A stretch of 64,000 nucleotides of DNA. Origin: a virus. Shown here in pieces: positions 19,863 to 29,232 of this stretch; the stretch's first letter is position 1; every line of letters begins with the position of its first letter. The stretch lies in IMG/VR virus record IMGVR_UViG_3300028197_001221, positions 1 to 64,000 of that record; one strand, written 5' to 3'. The translations under genes were made by a program, and so were the position numbers. Under the pieces are notes generated by a model, which was given only the letters and a program-made list of their open reading frames with translations, made no database searches and had not been told where the DNA came from.

Positions 19863-20074
19863 AAAAGTGGAAAGATCATCTAGATCACAACAACATGACT
19901 TACTGGCAACATTTAAAATTTGCCGTAGGTCATGGTGTATGTTGTATCAAAGCTGGTGTATATTTATGTATACATGGTTTACTACCATGTTTTAGACGCA
20001 GAGCTGGTGAAAGATTAGTTCATAGGTTAGACACAAACTTCACAGAGCATAAGAAAAATGTCAATAATAAGTAA
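19847..20074 (+). CDS. DUF6356-like small protein
   Basis: HL...MTYWQHLKFA...IHGLLP.F. Confidence 0.65.
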   Translation: MQSLVKKWKDHLDHNNMTYWQHLKFAVGHGVCCIKAGVYLCIHGLLPCFRRRAGERLVHRLDTNFTEHKKNVNNK

Positions 20075-20753
20075 TATAGACAAGTTAATTAAATCAGAGC
20101 CAAATATAGATGACGTTGGTTATCTGAAAGATAAGATGACATATCAAGATGATATTAATAATAATATTGTTAAGATAGATTGGTTGAAAATTCTTGATGC
20201 TCCCCCTAAAAATAGTAACCCAAAGACTACTAGAGAACTACACGCTATTAGTAAGGCTACTGTAAACAGAACTTCCAAAGAAGTAGATTTAGTCATAAGG
20301 GTAGACAGAGATCCCGTGGTTTTATTTGTTGATTTTTTGGAAAAGAAAAATTTGAAATTCCCAAAGAGTAAATTTTATACATTTTATGATTTCCTTGAGC
20401 CTTATATATATGGATTGAAATATCACTTCAATAGGGCTAGGCCAGAACAACTTGCCCACTATCATAATATAAACTTAAAAATTCTTTATACAGATAGTCA
20501 TCACACGCCGTCTTATCCTAGTGGTCACGCTATGTACGCTGAACTGGCAGCTAGTATATTATCTGACGAACATCCAGAATACAAATCTAATTTTTTTGAA
20601 ATAGCAAAATTTTGTGGATTAGCTAGAGTTTTACAGGGAGTACACTTTCCATCAGATAACGACGCTAGCGTTAAAGCGGTTAGTGTATTATATCCTTTAA
20701 TAAAGAAAGGTATAGAAAATGTCAAAACCAGTAAAGAGTTTCCCTTTAAGTGA
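20058..20753 (+). CDS. PAP2/acid phosphatase superfamily protein
   Basis: K-x6-RP (KYHFNRARP), PSYPSGH, R-x4-H-x3-D (ARVLQGVHFPSD). Confidence 0.88.
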   Translation: MSIISNIDKLIKSEPNIDDVGYLKDKMTYQDDINNNIVKIDWLKILDAPPKNSNPKTTRELHAISKATVNRTSKEVDLVIRVDRDPVVLFVDFLEKKNLKFPKSKFYTFYDFLEPYIYGLKYHFNRARPEQLAHYHNINLKILYTDSHHTPSYPSGHAMYAELAASILSDEHPEYKSNFFEIAKFCGLARVLQGVHFPSDNDASVKAVSVLYPLIKKGIENVKTSKEFPFK

Positions 20754-20817
20754 TATTCCTTCTCCAAAAGAACCAGTAAAAATACCATTGCCACCATTGC
20801 AAGAACCTAAAAATTAA
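20719..20817 (+). CDS. putative 32-aa Pro-rich peptide (not in ORF track)
   Basis: GAAAGG RBS; MSKPVKSFPLSDIPSPKEPVKIPLPPLQEPKN*. Confidence 0.4.
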   Translation: MSKPVKSFPLSDIPSPKEPVKIPLPPLQEPKN

Positions 20818-20819
20818 CT

Positions 20820-20848
20820 TTGTGAAATATTGAACAGGATGGTACAAT
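20820..20848 (+). promoter_or_regulatory. sigma70-like promoter for the polymerase operon
   Basis: TTGTGA-N17-TACAAT with extended -10 TG. Confidence 0.55.
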
Positions 20849-20888
20849 CCTATAGGATAGATTGTACATTGACTTAGGAGATAGCTAA

Positions 20889-22460
20889 TTGAATTGGTTT
20901 CCATTGAAAAACTTTACGCATTATAGTTTATTAAAAGGCTTTTCTAAGCCACATGAATTAGCGAAAGTATGTGCTGATAAAGATTATCCAGCTTGTGGTA
21001 TCACAGATTATAAGTCTATATCTGGCGCAGTTTCTTTTCACCAAGCTTGTAAAAATGTTGGAATCAAACCTATCATTGGTTGTTCGTTTGACAGCACTAC
21101 TGTATACGCAAAAAATAAAGATGGCTGGCACGACCTGATTCAGATGGTATCTATGACAGATGAAAAAGGTAATATGTCCAAGGACATAGCTAAGGATATA
21201 ATTAGTAGAAATAACTTGATTGCGTTACAGAAATCCAAAGACAATATCAAGCCTGCGTATTATGTAAAGAAAGAGCAGTCTGTTTTGCACAGGGTATTAT
21301 TATGCTCTGCTCTAAAAACCACCTTGCCTAAAATCAATGCCAAAATTAGAAACAATAATCTAGAACCAGACATTTTGGAATACTTTAATAAAGATGATAA
21401 GTGTGTAACAGAGGGCGAAGTTACTAAAGAGTTAGAACATATATATAATTCGTGTGAAGAGTATGACATATTGAATCCCCCCATGCTTCCAAATTTTGTA
21501 TGTCCTAACGGTATGTCTCAAGAAGATTATTTAACACAGATGGCGAGAAGCGGCTACACAGAATTACTTAAACCAAAAGTGGGAAATGATAAAGACAAAC
21601 AAAAAGTATACGGTGAAAGATTTAAGAAAGAATTAGAAGTTATTAGAAACGCAGATCTATTTGGATATTTTTTAATTGTACAGGATATAATTAGACACAT
21701 AGAAAAGGACATGGGGTGTTTAGCTGGTCCGGGTAGAGGTTCTGCTGCTGGATGTTTAATATCATATCTAGTAGGCATTACCAAGATAGATCCGGTAGAA
21801 CACGATCTGCTGTTTGAAAGATTTTATAATGCAGGACGTAACACTGGAGGTAACGTGTCTCTTCCAGATATTGATATGGACGTTCCGGGTAAAAGGCGGG
21901 ATGATGTTATAGATTATCTAAAAGATACATACGGACATGAACATGTCAGTCAAATGATTACATTTGGAAGACTACAAGGACGTAGCGCAATAAAAGAAGT
22001 GCTTAGAATAAATGAGGCTTGCTCTTTTAGCGAGATGAACGCTATCACAAAGAGTATACCTAACGAGGCAGACGTTTCCGATCAGCTTGCAGAGATGGAT
22101 GATGAAGACAGGTCTATTATAAGATGGTCCTTGATAAATAGAGCAGATGATTTAAGAGATTTTTGTCACATAACAGACGATGGAAAACTTGAAGGTGATT
22201 ATGCAGAATACTTTCAACAAGCTATTGACATAGAGGGTACATTTAAAACTCAAGGTAAACACGCTGCTGGGGTAGTTATATCTAAAGACAAACTAAAAGA
22301 TGTCTGCCCTATGATACAACAGAAGGGGTCTACAGAGAAAATAGCAGGATTAGAAATGTCTGATCTAGAAGCACTGGGTCATGTAAAATTTGATGTTCTA
22401 GGAATTAATCTTCTAGACAAACTTATGAAAATAAAGGAATTGATTAATGATAGAGGTTAA
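20889..22460 (+). CDS. dnaE: DNA polymerase III alpha, N-terminal part (degenerate PHP + palm/thumb)
   Basis: THYSLL; GITD; GIKPIIG; GPGRGSAAG; LLFERF; PDIDMD; GKHAAG; KFDVLG; TTG start after AGGAG. Confidence 0.92.
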   Translation: MNWFPLKNFTHYSLLKGFSKPHELAKVCADKDYPACGITDYKSISGAVSFHQACKNVGIKPIIGCSFDSTTVYAKNKDGWHDLIQMVSMTDEKGNMSKDIAKDIISRNNLIALQKSKDNIKPAYYVKKEQSVLHRVLLCSALKTTLPKINAKIRNNNLEPDILEYFNKDDKCVTEGEVTKELEHIYNSCEEYDILNPPMLPNFVCPNGMSQEDYLTQMARSGYTELLKPKVGNDKDKQKVYGERFKKELEVIRNADLFGYFLIVQDIIRHIEKDMGCLAGPGRGSAAGCLISYLVGITKIDPVEHDLLFERFYNAGRNTGGNVSLPDIDMDVPGKRRDDVIDYLKDTYGHEHVSQMITFGRLQGRSAIKEVLRINEACSFSEMNAITKSIPNEADVSDQLAEMDDEDRSIIRWSLINRADDLRDFCHITDDGKLEGDYAEYFQQAIDIEGTFKTQGKHAAGVVISKDKLKDVCPMIQQKGSTEKIAGLEMSDLEALGHVKFDVLGINLLDKLMKIKELINDRG

Positions 22461-22938
22461 AGTTACAGATTATATGAGAGTTAAAGCCAGAAGCATGGCT
22501 AAAGATTTAGGCAAGCTTAAAAATTCTATAACCAAAGGTGAAGGTAACGTTGCTGGTTTTGTAGGAGAGTTGATAGCTTTGGATTATCTTGGTGGGGTTA
22601 AAGCCAATACTTATGATTTCGATATTGTAAGTAATGGTAAAACATATGATGTGAAAACTAAGCGATGTACAAGTCCTCCCAAGCCACACTACGATTGCTC
22701 AGTAGCTGCATTCAATACAAAACAAAGATGTGATATTTACTTTTTTGTAAGAGTACAGTTTCAAGGCGACAGACCAATAAAAGCGTGGGTGTTGGGACAA
22801 AAAGACAAGACTGAGTATTTTAAGCAAGCTAGAAAACTAAATAAGGGTGATATTGATCCAAGTAATAATTTCAAGGTTAAAGCAGATTGTTTTAACTTAA
22901 GCATTAACAAACTAGAGAAACTAGAAAAGAAGGACTAA
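22447..22938 (+). CDS. PD-(D/E)XK-like endonuclease between the dnaE halves
   Basis: GFVGE...YDFD....TYDVKTK pattern. Confidence 0.55.
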   Translation: MIEVKVTDYMRVKARSMAKDLGKLKNSITKGEGNVAGFVGELIALDYLGGVKANTYDFDIVSNGKTYDVKTKRCTSPPKPHYDCSVAAFNTKQRCDIYFFVRVQFQGDRPIKAWVLGQKDKTEYFKQARKLNKGDIDPSNNFKVKADCFNLSINKLEKLEKKD

Positions 22939-22940
22939 TC

Positions 22941-23621
22941 ATGGCTAACAGAGACTACATTGTATTTGATTTTGAAACTGGTAGTAGAAATCCCAACAAA
23001 ACTCAGCCTACACAGATTGCAGCAATTGCGTTAGACGGTCGTAATCTATCTATGAAGGGATCTTTCAACAGCGAGATTAAACCTATACTAGATGATGACA
23101 AGGCTATAGCTGCTGGATTAGACCCCATTGAAGATGGGGCTTTAAAAGTAACTGGTAAAAATAGAAAAGACCTAGCCAAAGCTCCAGCTTTAAAATCTGT
23201 ATGGAAAAAATTCTGCTCCTTTGTAGACCAGTATAATTGGAAAAAAGATCCATTCTTTAATCCTATACCAGTAGGGTTTAACATTATTGGTTTTGACATG
23301 ATTATTATTAATCGTTTATGTAAAGAATATGGCCCGTTTGACGATGGCAGACAACAACAAAAAATCTTTAGCAAGATTCATAAGTGTGATGTTATGGACA
23401 ATATGCATATGTGGACTGAAGGTGATCCCAGTATCAGATCAATTAGCATGGACACTCTTCGTGACCGAATGGGTCTTAGTAAAGAAAATGCTCACGATGC
23501 ATTGCAAGATGTTAAGGATACGGCTAATATATTTATAAAGCTATTGAAGACTCATAGAGCAGTTTATCAAAACATTGAACTAGACAAAGCGTTTGCAAAC
23601 GGAAATTTGTATGTCAAATGA
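22941..23621 (+). CDS. DEDDh 3'-5' exonuclease (DnaQ/epsilon-like)
   Basis: VFDFETG; GFNIIGFD; AHDALQDV. Confidence 0.88.
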   Translation: MANRDYIVFDFETGSRNPNKTQPTQIAAIALDGRNLSMKGSFNSEIKPILDDDKAIAAGLDPIEDGALKVTGKNRKDLAKAPALKSVWKKFCSFVDQYNWKKDPFFNPIPVGFNIIGFDMIIINRLCKEYGPFDDGRQQQKIFSKIHKCDVMDNMHMWTEGDPSIRSISMDTLRDRMGLSKENAHDALQDVKDTANIFIKLLKTHRAVYQNIELDKAFANGNLYVK

Positions 23622-25176
23622 ATATGACGATAAGGATACGTGGAAATTATTTCTAGAGGGTAAAACCAAAGGTGTGTTTCAGCTAGAAAGCAACCTTGGT
23701 AAGTCTTGGTCAAAAAAACTTGCTCCAAATAATATTGAAGAATTATCTGCGCTTATAGCTATCATTCGACCGGGATGTTTAAAAGCATTCGTTGATGGTA
23801 AATCTATGACCCAGCATTTTATTGATAGAAAACATGGCAGAGAAGAAGTGACTTATCTACATGAGTCTCTAGAAGAAATTCTATTACCTACCTATGGAGT
23901 CCTAGTATACCAAGAACAATCTATGCGTATTGCGCAAAAAGTAGCAGGATTTAATCTACAAGAAGCAGACGAGCTACGTAAAGCAATTGGTAAAAAGAAA
24001 GCTGACTTGATGGCAAAGGTTAAGAAAAAATTTATTGCTGGATCAAAGAAAGTTAGCATGGTAAGTAAAGAAGAATCAGAAGAAATTTTTAGTTGGATTG
24101 AAAAATCTTCTAGATACGCTTTCAATAAATCACATAGTATATCTTATGCAGTCTGCTCTTACTGGAGTGCTTACCAAAAGGCTCATAACACTAAAGAATT
24201 TTTCTTATCTTATCTGTATTATGCTAACGAAAAACAAGACCCTCACCAAGAAATATACGAATTAATTTCTGAAGCCAAGCTGTTCGACATAGAACCAAGA
24301 ACACCAAGTGTTGCAAACTTTGACGTAAAATTTAATATAAAGAAAAACAAAGTGTATTTTGGTATTAAAGATATCAAATCTCTCACTGGTAAAACTGGAG
24401 ATAAGGTTATAGATGCTATATTAGAAGCAGAAGCTGAACTAAATAAGAAGATAAGTAAGTTTAATTGGATTGAAATGTTATTATTTTTAGCGCCAAAGAT
24501 GAGTTCTACTGCCTTCAAAGCTTTGGCATCTATAGGATTCTTTAGAGATTTTAACGGTAAGATATCTAGGAATAAAGCAATATATGATTATGATATATAT
24601 AGAATGCTCACTAAGGCAGAGCAAAGTTGGATACAAAAAAAATATGAATCTAAAAAGTGGACAGGCTTTATTGACTGCCTTAAAGATCTATCACCTACAA
24701 AAAAGAATGGTGGCGGTACAAGCAGGGTAGAAAGACAACAAATTGTTGAAAATGAAATACAACTTTTAGCAGACCCGCCGTATGATTTAAATGATGATCC
24801 ATCTTGGATTATAGATCAAGAGACTAGGTATTTAGGGTGTCCTGTAACAATGTCTAAGATAGATACAGTTGATAAGTCTTCTGCCAATACTACATGTAAA
24901 GATATAGTCAATGGCAAGAACGGTAAAGGCATATGCGTGGTAGCAAATATACAACGTATGGCAGATTACACAATCCAAAAGGGCGACTCGAAGGGTAAGG
25001 TCATGTCTTTTCTGACAGTAGAAGATGACACATGTGTGCTAGACAGTGTAGTTATATTCCCCAAAGTTAAGCAAAAATATAAGTATATATTATATGAAGG
25101 AAATAATCTAATGTTTTGCGGATCTGTAGGTAAAAAAGACTCGTCTTTAATTGTAGATAAAGTTCATGAAATTTGA
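23611..25176 (+). CDS. dnaE: DNA polymerase III alpha, C-terminal part (fingers, HhH, OB)
   Basis: DDKDTW...GVFQLES; IRPG; TYGVLVYQEQ; ADELRKAIGKK; YAFNKSHS; OB motif MSFLTVED; start set at ATG 23611. Confidence 0.92.
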   Translation: MSNEYDDKDTWKLFLEGKTKGVFQLESNLGKSWSKKLAPNNIEELSALIAIIRPGCLKAFVDGKSMTQHFIDRKHGREEVTYLHESLEEILLPTYGVLVYQEQSMRIAQKVAGFNLQEADELRKAIGKKKADLMAKVKKKFIAGSKKVSMVSKEESEEIFSWIEKSSRYAFNKSHSISYAVCSYWSAYQKAHNTKEFFLSYLYYANEKQDPHQEIYELISEAKLFDIEPRTPSVANFDVKFNIKKNKVYFGIKDIKSLTGKTGDKVIDAILEAEAELNKKISKFNWIEMLLFLAPKMSSTAFKALASIGFFRDFNGKISRNKAIYDYDIYRMLTKAEQSWIQKKYESKKWTGFIDCLKDLSPTKKNGGGTSRVERQQIVENEIQLLADPPYDLNDDPSWIIDQETRYLGCPVTMSKIDTVDKSSANTTCKDIVNGKNGKGICVVANIQRMADYTIQKGDSKGKVMSFLTVEDDTCVLDSVVIFPKVKQKYKYILYEGNNLMFCGSVGKKDSSLIVDKVHEI

Positions 25177-25180
25177 GTTG

Positions 25181-25209
25181 TTGTTTATAGTTGTACAAGC
25201 TAATATACT
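25181..25209 (+). promoter_or_regulatory. sigma70-like promoter for ssb/glycosyltransferase operon
   Basis: TTGTTT-N17-TATACT, followed by AGGAG and ATG 25225. Confidence 0.55.
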
Positions 25210-25224
25210 AAGATAGGAGAAAAT

Positions 25225-25530
25225 ATGAATAATTGTTGTTTCACAGGATACTTTACAGAAAACCCACAAACCTCTGTGGTGGACAATGTAGTATTAGCAG
25301 AGTTCGTTATAGTTACTTATAACTATAGAAAAACAAAAAGCACTGGGGAAAAAAGTAAAGTGCCAACGTACTTACACTGTGAAGCATGGCATACGGGTGC
25401 AGAAACGCTAGAAAGATTTGCTACAAAGGGAACGAAGATGACATTTAATGCTACTGCTAAAAATATATCAAGAGACGACGAGAGTATAGTATTTAGAATA
25501 AACGAATTCGATTTGTGCATGGAGGAATAG
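25225..25530 (+). CDS. ssb: short single-stranded DNA-binding protein (OB fold)
   Basis: MNNC.FTG...P; PTYLHCEAW..GAE...F.TKG; FRINEF. Confidence 0.7.
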   Translation: MNNCCFTGYFTENPQTSVVDNVVLAEFVIVTYNYRKTKSTGEKSKVPTYLHCEAWHTGAETLERFATKGTKMTFNATAKNISRDDESIVFRINEFDLCMEE

Positions 25531-25531
25531 A

Positions 25532-27187
25532 ATGAGAAAAAAAAGAATATTGTTTTGTAGTGAAGCAACTTTTTTAAATACAGGTTACGCCACGTACACA
25601 AGAGAAATACTAAATTATTTAAGTAGTACAAACAAGTATGAAATAGCAGAACTAGCAGCTTATGGTCAACCAGATGACCCTAGAATATCAACAATACCTT
25701 GGAAATTTTATCCAGCAGCACTGCCAAAAAATTCAAGTCAAGAACAACAGAGAGAGTTTGCTTCTAAAGCTACAAATCAATTCGGAGAATATGTATTTGA
25801 AAGCGTTTGTTTGGACTTTATGCCAGATGTAGTTTGTGACATTAGAGATTTTTGGATGATGGACTTTATTGATAGATCTCCCTATAGAAAATTCTTTAAT
25901 TGGTGCATCATGCCAACTGTTGATGCAGAACCTCAAGCTAGACAGTGGATAGCTACCTACCAAACAGCAGACGCTTGCCTAAGTTATTCTAATTGGTCTG
26001 GAGATTTACTTCAGAAACAGTCTGGTAATAAAATTAATTACATCGGTTCTGCACCTCCTTCCGCACACCCAGCGTATCAACCTGCTGAGAACATTGATGA
26101 AATTAAAAATAGTATTGGAATAGATAAAAATTGGAAGATTGTTGGAACGGTCATGAGAAACCAACGTAGAAAACTATATCCAGATTTGTTTGAAGCATTT
26201 AAATTACTTTTAGAAAAAACTAAAGATCCTAACCTTAGATTATATTGTCACACTAGTTATCCAGACATGGGTTGGGATGTACCTGAATTGTTACAACAGT
26301 ATAAGTTATCTTCTAAAGTATTGTTTACATACGTCTGCACTGAAACCAACATGCCCTTTGCTTCTTTGTTTAAGGGCGCAAAAGCAGAATCTCCATACAC
26401 TAAAAAACTTACAGGAGTTATGGCAAATGTAAAACAAGGATTAACTTACGAACAGTTGTCTAATATAATTAATGTTTTTGATGTATATATTCAATATGCA
26501 AACTCAGAAGGATTTGGTTTACCACAAGTAGAAGCTGCTGCTTGTGCAATTCCAGTTATGAGTGTAGATTATTCTGCAATGTCAAGTGTTATAAGACAGC
26601 TGGGAGGCACTCCCCTTCCTGTCAAAACTTTCTATAAAGAATTAGAAACTGGATGTCTTAGAGCAGTTCCAGACAATGATGCTACAGCGAGTTTGCTTGA
26701 AGAATTTTTTAAGATACCTAAAACAATGAGAAATAAAAAAGGTTTTGAATGTAGAAATAATTTTTTAAAACATTTTCAGTGGGATAAAAGTGGCGCTGAA
26801 TGGGAAAAATATTTTGATAGCGTAGAGTTAAAGGATGTGTCAGAAACTTGGAAGTCTCCACCTGACATACAACAATCAGCACCTAAGCCTGATAATACTC
26901 CTGAAGTATCTTATCAAGAGATAGCATATTTTTTAATAAACCAAGTGTTAAAACTACCAGAAAAATGCAATGAATATATGTTTTCTAGAACAATAAGAGA
27001 TCTGATGTATGGTAATGTTACTAATATGACAGGGGGGATGTATATGAATGAGTGTTCTACGGCCTTTGAAAACACGCCTCATAGATATCCTTTTAATTTT
27101 GACATAGCTTATCAAAAGATGAAAGAAATAAGAGACAATATAAATCAATGGGAACAACGTAGAATGGAGGTTATGAATAACAAATGA
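25532..27187 (+). CDS. GT-B (GT4-like) glycosyltransferase
   Basis: TGYA; VGTVMRNQRRK; NSEGFGLPQVEAAAC (intact E-x7-E). Confidence 0.85.
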   Translation: MRKKRILFCSEATFLNTGYATYTREILNYLSSTNKYEIAELAAYGQPDDPRISTIPWKFYPAALPKNSSQEQQREFASKATNQFGEYVFESVCLDFMPDVVCDIRDFWMMDFIDRSPYRKFFNWCIMPTVDAEPQARQWIATYQTADACLSYSNWSGDLLQKQSGNKINYIGSAPPSAHPAYQPAENIDEIKNSIGIDKNWKIVGTVMRNQRRKLYPDLFEAFKLLLEKTKDPNLRLYCHTSYPDMGWDVPELLQQYKLSSKVLFTYVCTETNMPFASLFKGAKAESPYTKKLTGVMANVKQGLTYEQLSNIINVFDVYIQYANSEGFGLPQVEAAACAIPVMSVDYSAMSSVIRQLGGTPLPVKTFYKELETGCLRAVPDNDATASLLEEFFKIPKTMRNKKGFECRNNFLKHFQWDKSGAEWEKYFDSVELKDVSETWKSPPDIQQSAPKPDNTPEVSYQEIAYFLINQVLKLPEKCNEYMFSRTIRDLMYGNVTNMTGGMYMNECSTAFENTPHRYPFNFDIAYQKMKEIRDNINQWEQRRMEVMNNK

Positions 27188-28296
27188 AAATTCTTTACAT
27201 AGCTCATTTTAGTGAAAATTCTAACTGGTCTTTATCTGCAATTCACAAAGTTCTTGCTTTGTTGAATAATGGTTTTGAAGTAGTTTGTAGAAACGCTGCA
27301 TTAAATGATGTATCACAAATAGAATTGCCACCCGAAATACAAAATTGTTTTAAAAAAGATTTAAATAATATTGATATATGCATACAGCATGTGTTACCAA
27401 CAATGATAGTAGGAAGTACAAAATTCAAAAAAAATATTGCATGTGTACATTTAGACACAGAGATTAGCAAAGATCACTGTTGGATACACAATCTAAGTAT
27501 GGTTGATGAAGTTTGGGTTAACAACAAGGATAGCCTATCCAACCTATTAGACCTTAATATAAATGCTAAGTACATTCCTAATTGTTTCCATATTGATACT
27601 TATAAGAATCAATATAAACTCCTAGACTTTGGAGACATGAATAATAAATTTAAATTTTATACAGTGTCTTCCGTGGGCGAAAAAAACAATTTAAATTCTA
27701 TTATTAGATCATATTTTAGTACTTTTGATATATCCGATAATGTATGTTTTGTTTTTAATATCTACGACTCTTCCGGTAACGATGATTCAATTAGAAATTA
27801 TTTTTCAGATTACATAAATAAAAATAAAAAAATTATGAGGGTTAATATTAACGATGCTTATTTCCCCCCTGTGTTTCTTATTACGAGACCCTTGAATCCT
27901 ATGGAATTACAGAGTTTGCACACGACTTGTGATTGTTACGTAGAGTTAAGTAAGAGTGTTGATTTCTCTACTCCAGCTTTTGAGGCTATGTGTCATGGAA
28001 CAACCCCTGTGTGCAGCAATAATGGTAGCTACAAGGACTACATATCAGAAGATAAAAACTCTGGGACTCTAATAAACGGCATCAAGAATATATGTTTTGA
28101 TCATAGTCCTCCTTCTCCACATTTGTTTACTGGAAAAGAACTATGGTTTTCATCAGACGAGAAAGAATCTAAACAAGCAATGTCTTGGTATTATGAAAAT
28201 AGTAAATCTATAGATAGAAACGTTGGAATTCAAAATGCACAAAATTTTGACTATAAAGTAGTCGCTGAAAAGATGAAGGAAAGTTTTAATGAATAA
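27184..28296 (+). CDS. GT-B glycosyltransferase-like protein with degenerate donor-binding motif
   Basis: MKILYI; IQHVLP; DEVWV; FKFY; LHTTCDCYV..SKSVDFSTPAFEAM. Confidence 0.7.
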   Translation: MKILYIAHFSENSNWSLSAIHKVLALLNNGFEVVCRNAALNDVSQIELPPEIQNCFKKDLNNIDICIQHVLPTMIVGSTKFKKNIACVHLDTEISKDHCWIHNLSMVDEVWVNNKDSLSNLLDLNINAKYIPNCFHIDTYKNQYKLLDFGDMNNKFKFYTVSSVGEKNNLNSIIRSYFSTFDISDNVCFVFNIYDSSGNDDSIRNYFSDYINKNKKIMRVNINDAYFPPVFLITRPLNPMELQSLHTTCDCYVELSKSVDFSTPAFEAMCHGTTPVCSNNGSYKDYISEDKNSGTLINGIKNICFDHSPPSPHLFTGKELWFSSDEKESKQAMSWYYENSKSIDRNVGIQNAQNFDYKVVAEKMKESFNE

Positions 28297-28813
28297 AATA
28301 AAAAGTTGGATCGAAAAATGCAACAGAAAAAAGAGCAAATGCAACTGTATAATTTTTACAACAAACGAAGATTATGAAGTAAAGCTTTCTAAAACTGAAC
28401 ACAATTTCTATGCTTTTAGTTCAGAAGACCTGAAAACTTGGGATGATGAAGAGCATAAAAGACCAGACAATTATTTCGTATTGCCCCAAAACGAGATACC
28501 TATATGGATAAATTTTGACGTTGTTATAGTTCAACATAAGATAGGTCAATATAGTAAGGGTAAAAGAATATCAGACTTGTTAAAAATACCTATGATTGTT
28601 GTAGAGCATTCAATGCCTAGAGTGATTAGCAAAATGGAACAACAGATAGACCAGTTAAAATCTATGCGAGGACATTTAAATATATTTACTAGCTCAGAAT
28701 CCGCAGACGCTTGGGGGATAGAAGATAGCTATGTAATTAACAACGATCCCGAAGAAGACTTTATTACACAATGGACAGTATTATTGGAACAATTTTATGA
28801 AAGGTTAACATGA
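28289..28813 (+). CDS. hypothetical protein, resembles N-terminal half of a GT-B enzyme
   Basis: FDVVIVQ...KIPMIVVEH...NIFTS...AWG; weak similarity by eye. Confidence 0.45.
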   Translation: MNKIKSWIEKCNRKKSKCNCIIFTTNEDYEVKLSKTEHNFYAFSSEDLKTWDDEEHKRPDNYFVLPQNEIPIWINFDVVIVQHKIGQYSKGKRISDLLKIPMIVVEHSMPRVISKMEQQIDQLKSMRGHLNIFTSSESADAWGIEDSYVINNDPEEDFITQWTVLLEQFYERLT

Positions 28814-29232
28814 ATCTACAAATTTTAGCAGATAAAAAAGATGCCATAGAAGGATTCAATGTAGCACAGGTAGCTAATGGTGAGTGCAAAGATATTTTTA
28901 ATGTTATAGATAGTTCTTGTGAGTCAGTAATTTTAGATGGTGCTATGGATCATTTAGAATACGATAAAGCGATTGAGTTGCTACATCAATCAATTAAAAA
29001 AGTAAGATTACAAGGTAGTTTAGTTGTAAGAGGCGTGTGTCTCGAAAAGATGTATAGAGATTATGAATCTGAACAAACAAATATTGGGGTTATAAATTCA
29101 GTAATTAAAGATATAAAATCAATACAAAGTTACAAAGATATTATAGCTGTATTATCTTCTTCTAAATTTACAATAGACACAATTTCTTTTTCTAATTTTT
29201 TCTATGAAATTAAATGTTCAAGGATGGACTAA
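28810..29232 (+). CDS. degenerate class I methyltransferase-like protein
   Basis: DSSCESVI...MDHL....ELL....KKVRLQGSLVV pattern; no GxG motif. Confidence 0.45.
   Translation: MNLQILADKKDAIEGFNVAQVANGECKDIFNVIDSSCESVILDGAMDHLEYDKAIELLHQSIKKVRLQGSLVVRGVCLEKMYRDYESEQTNIGVINSVIKDIKSIQSYKDIIAVLSSSKFTIDTISFSNFFYEIKCSRMD

Noticed and set aside
22400-23640. Split intein or group I intron rejoining dnaE
   Set aside because: No intein terminal motifs, and no non-coding space for an intron core because the ORFs overlap or abut.
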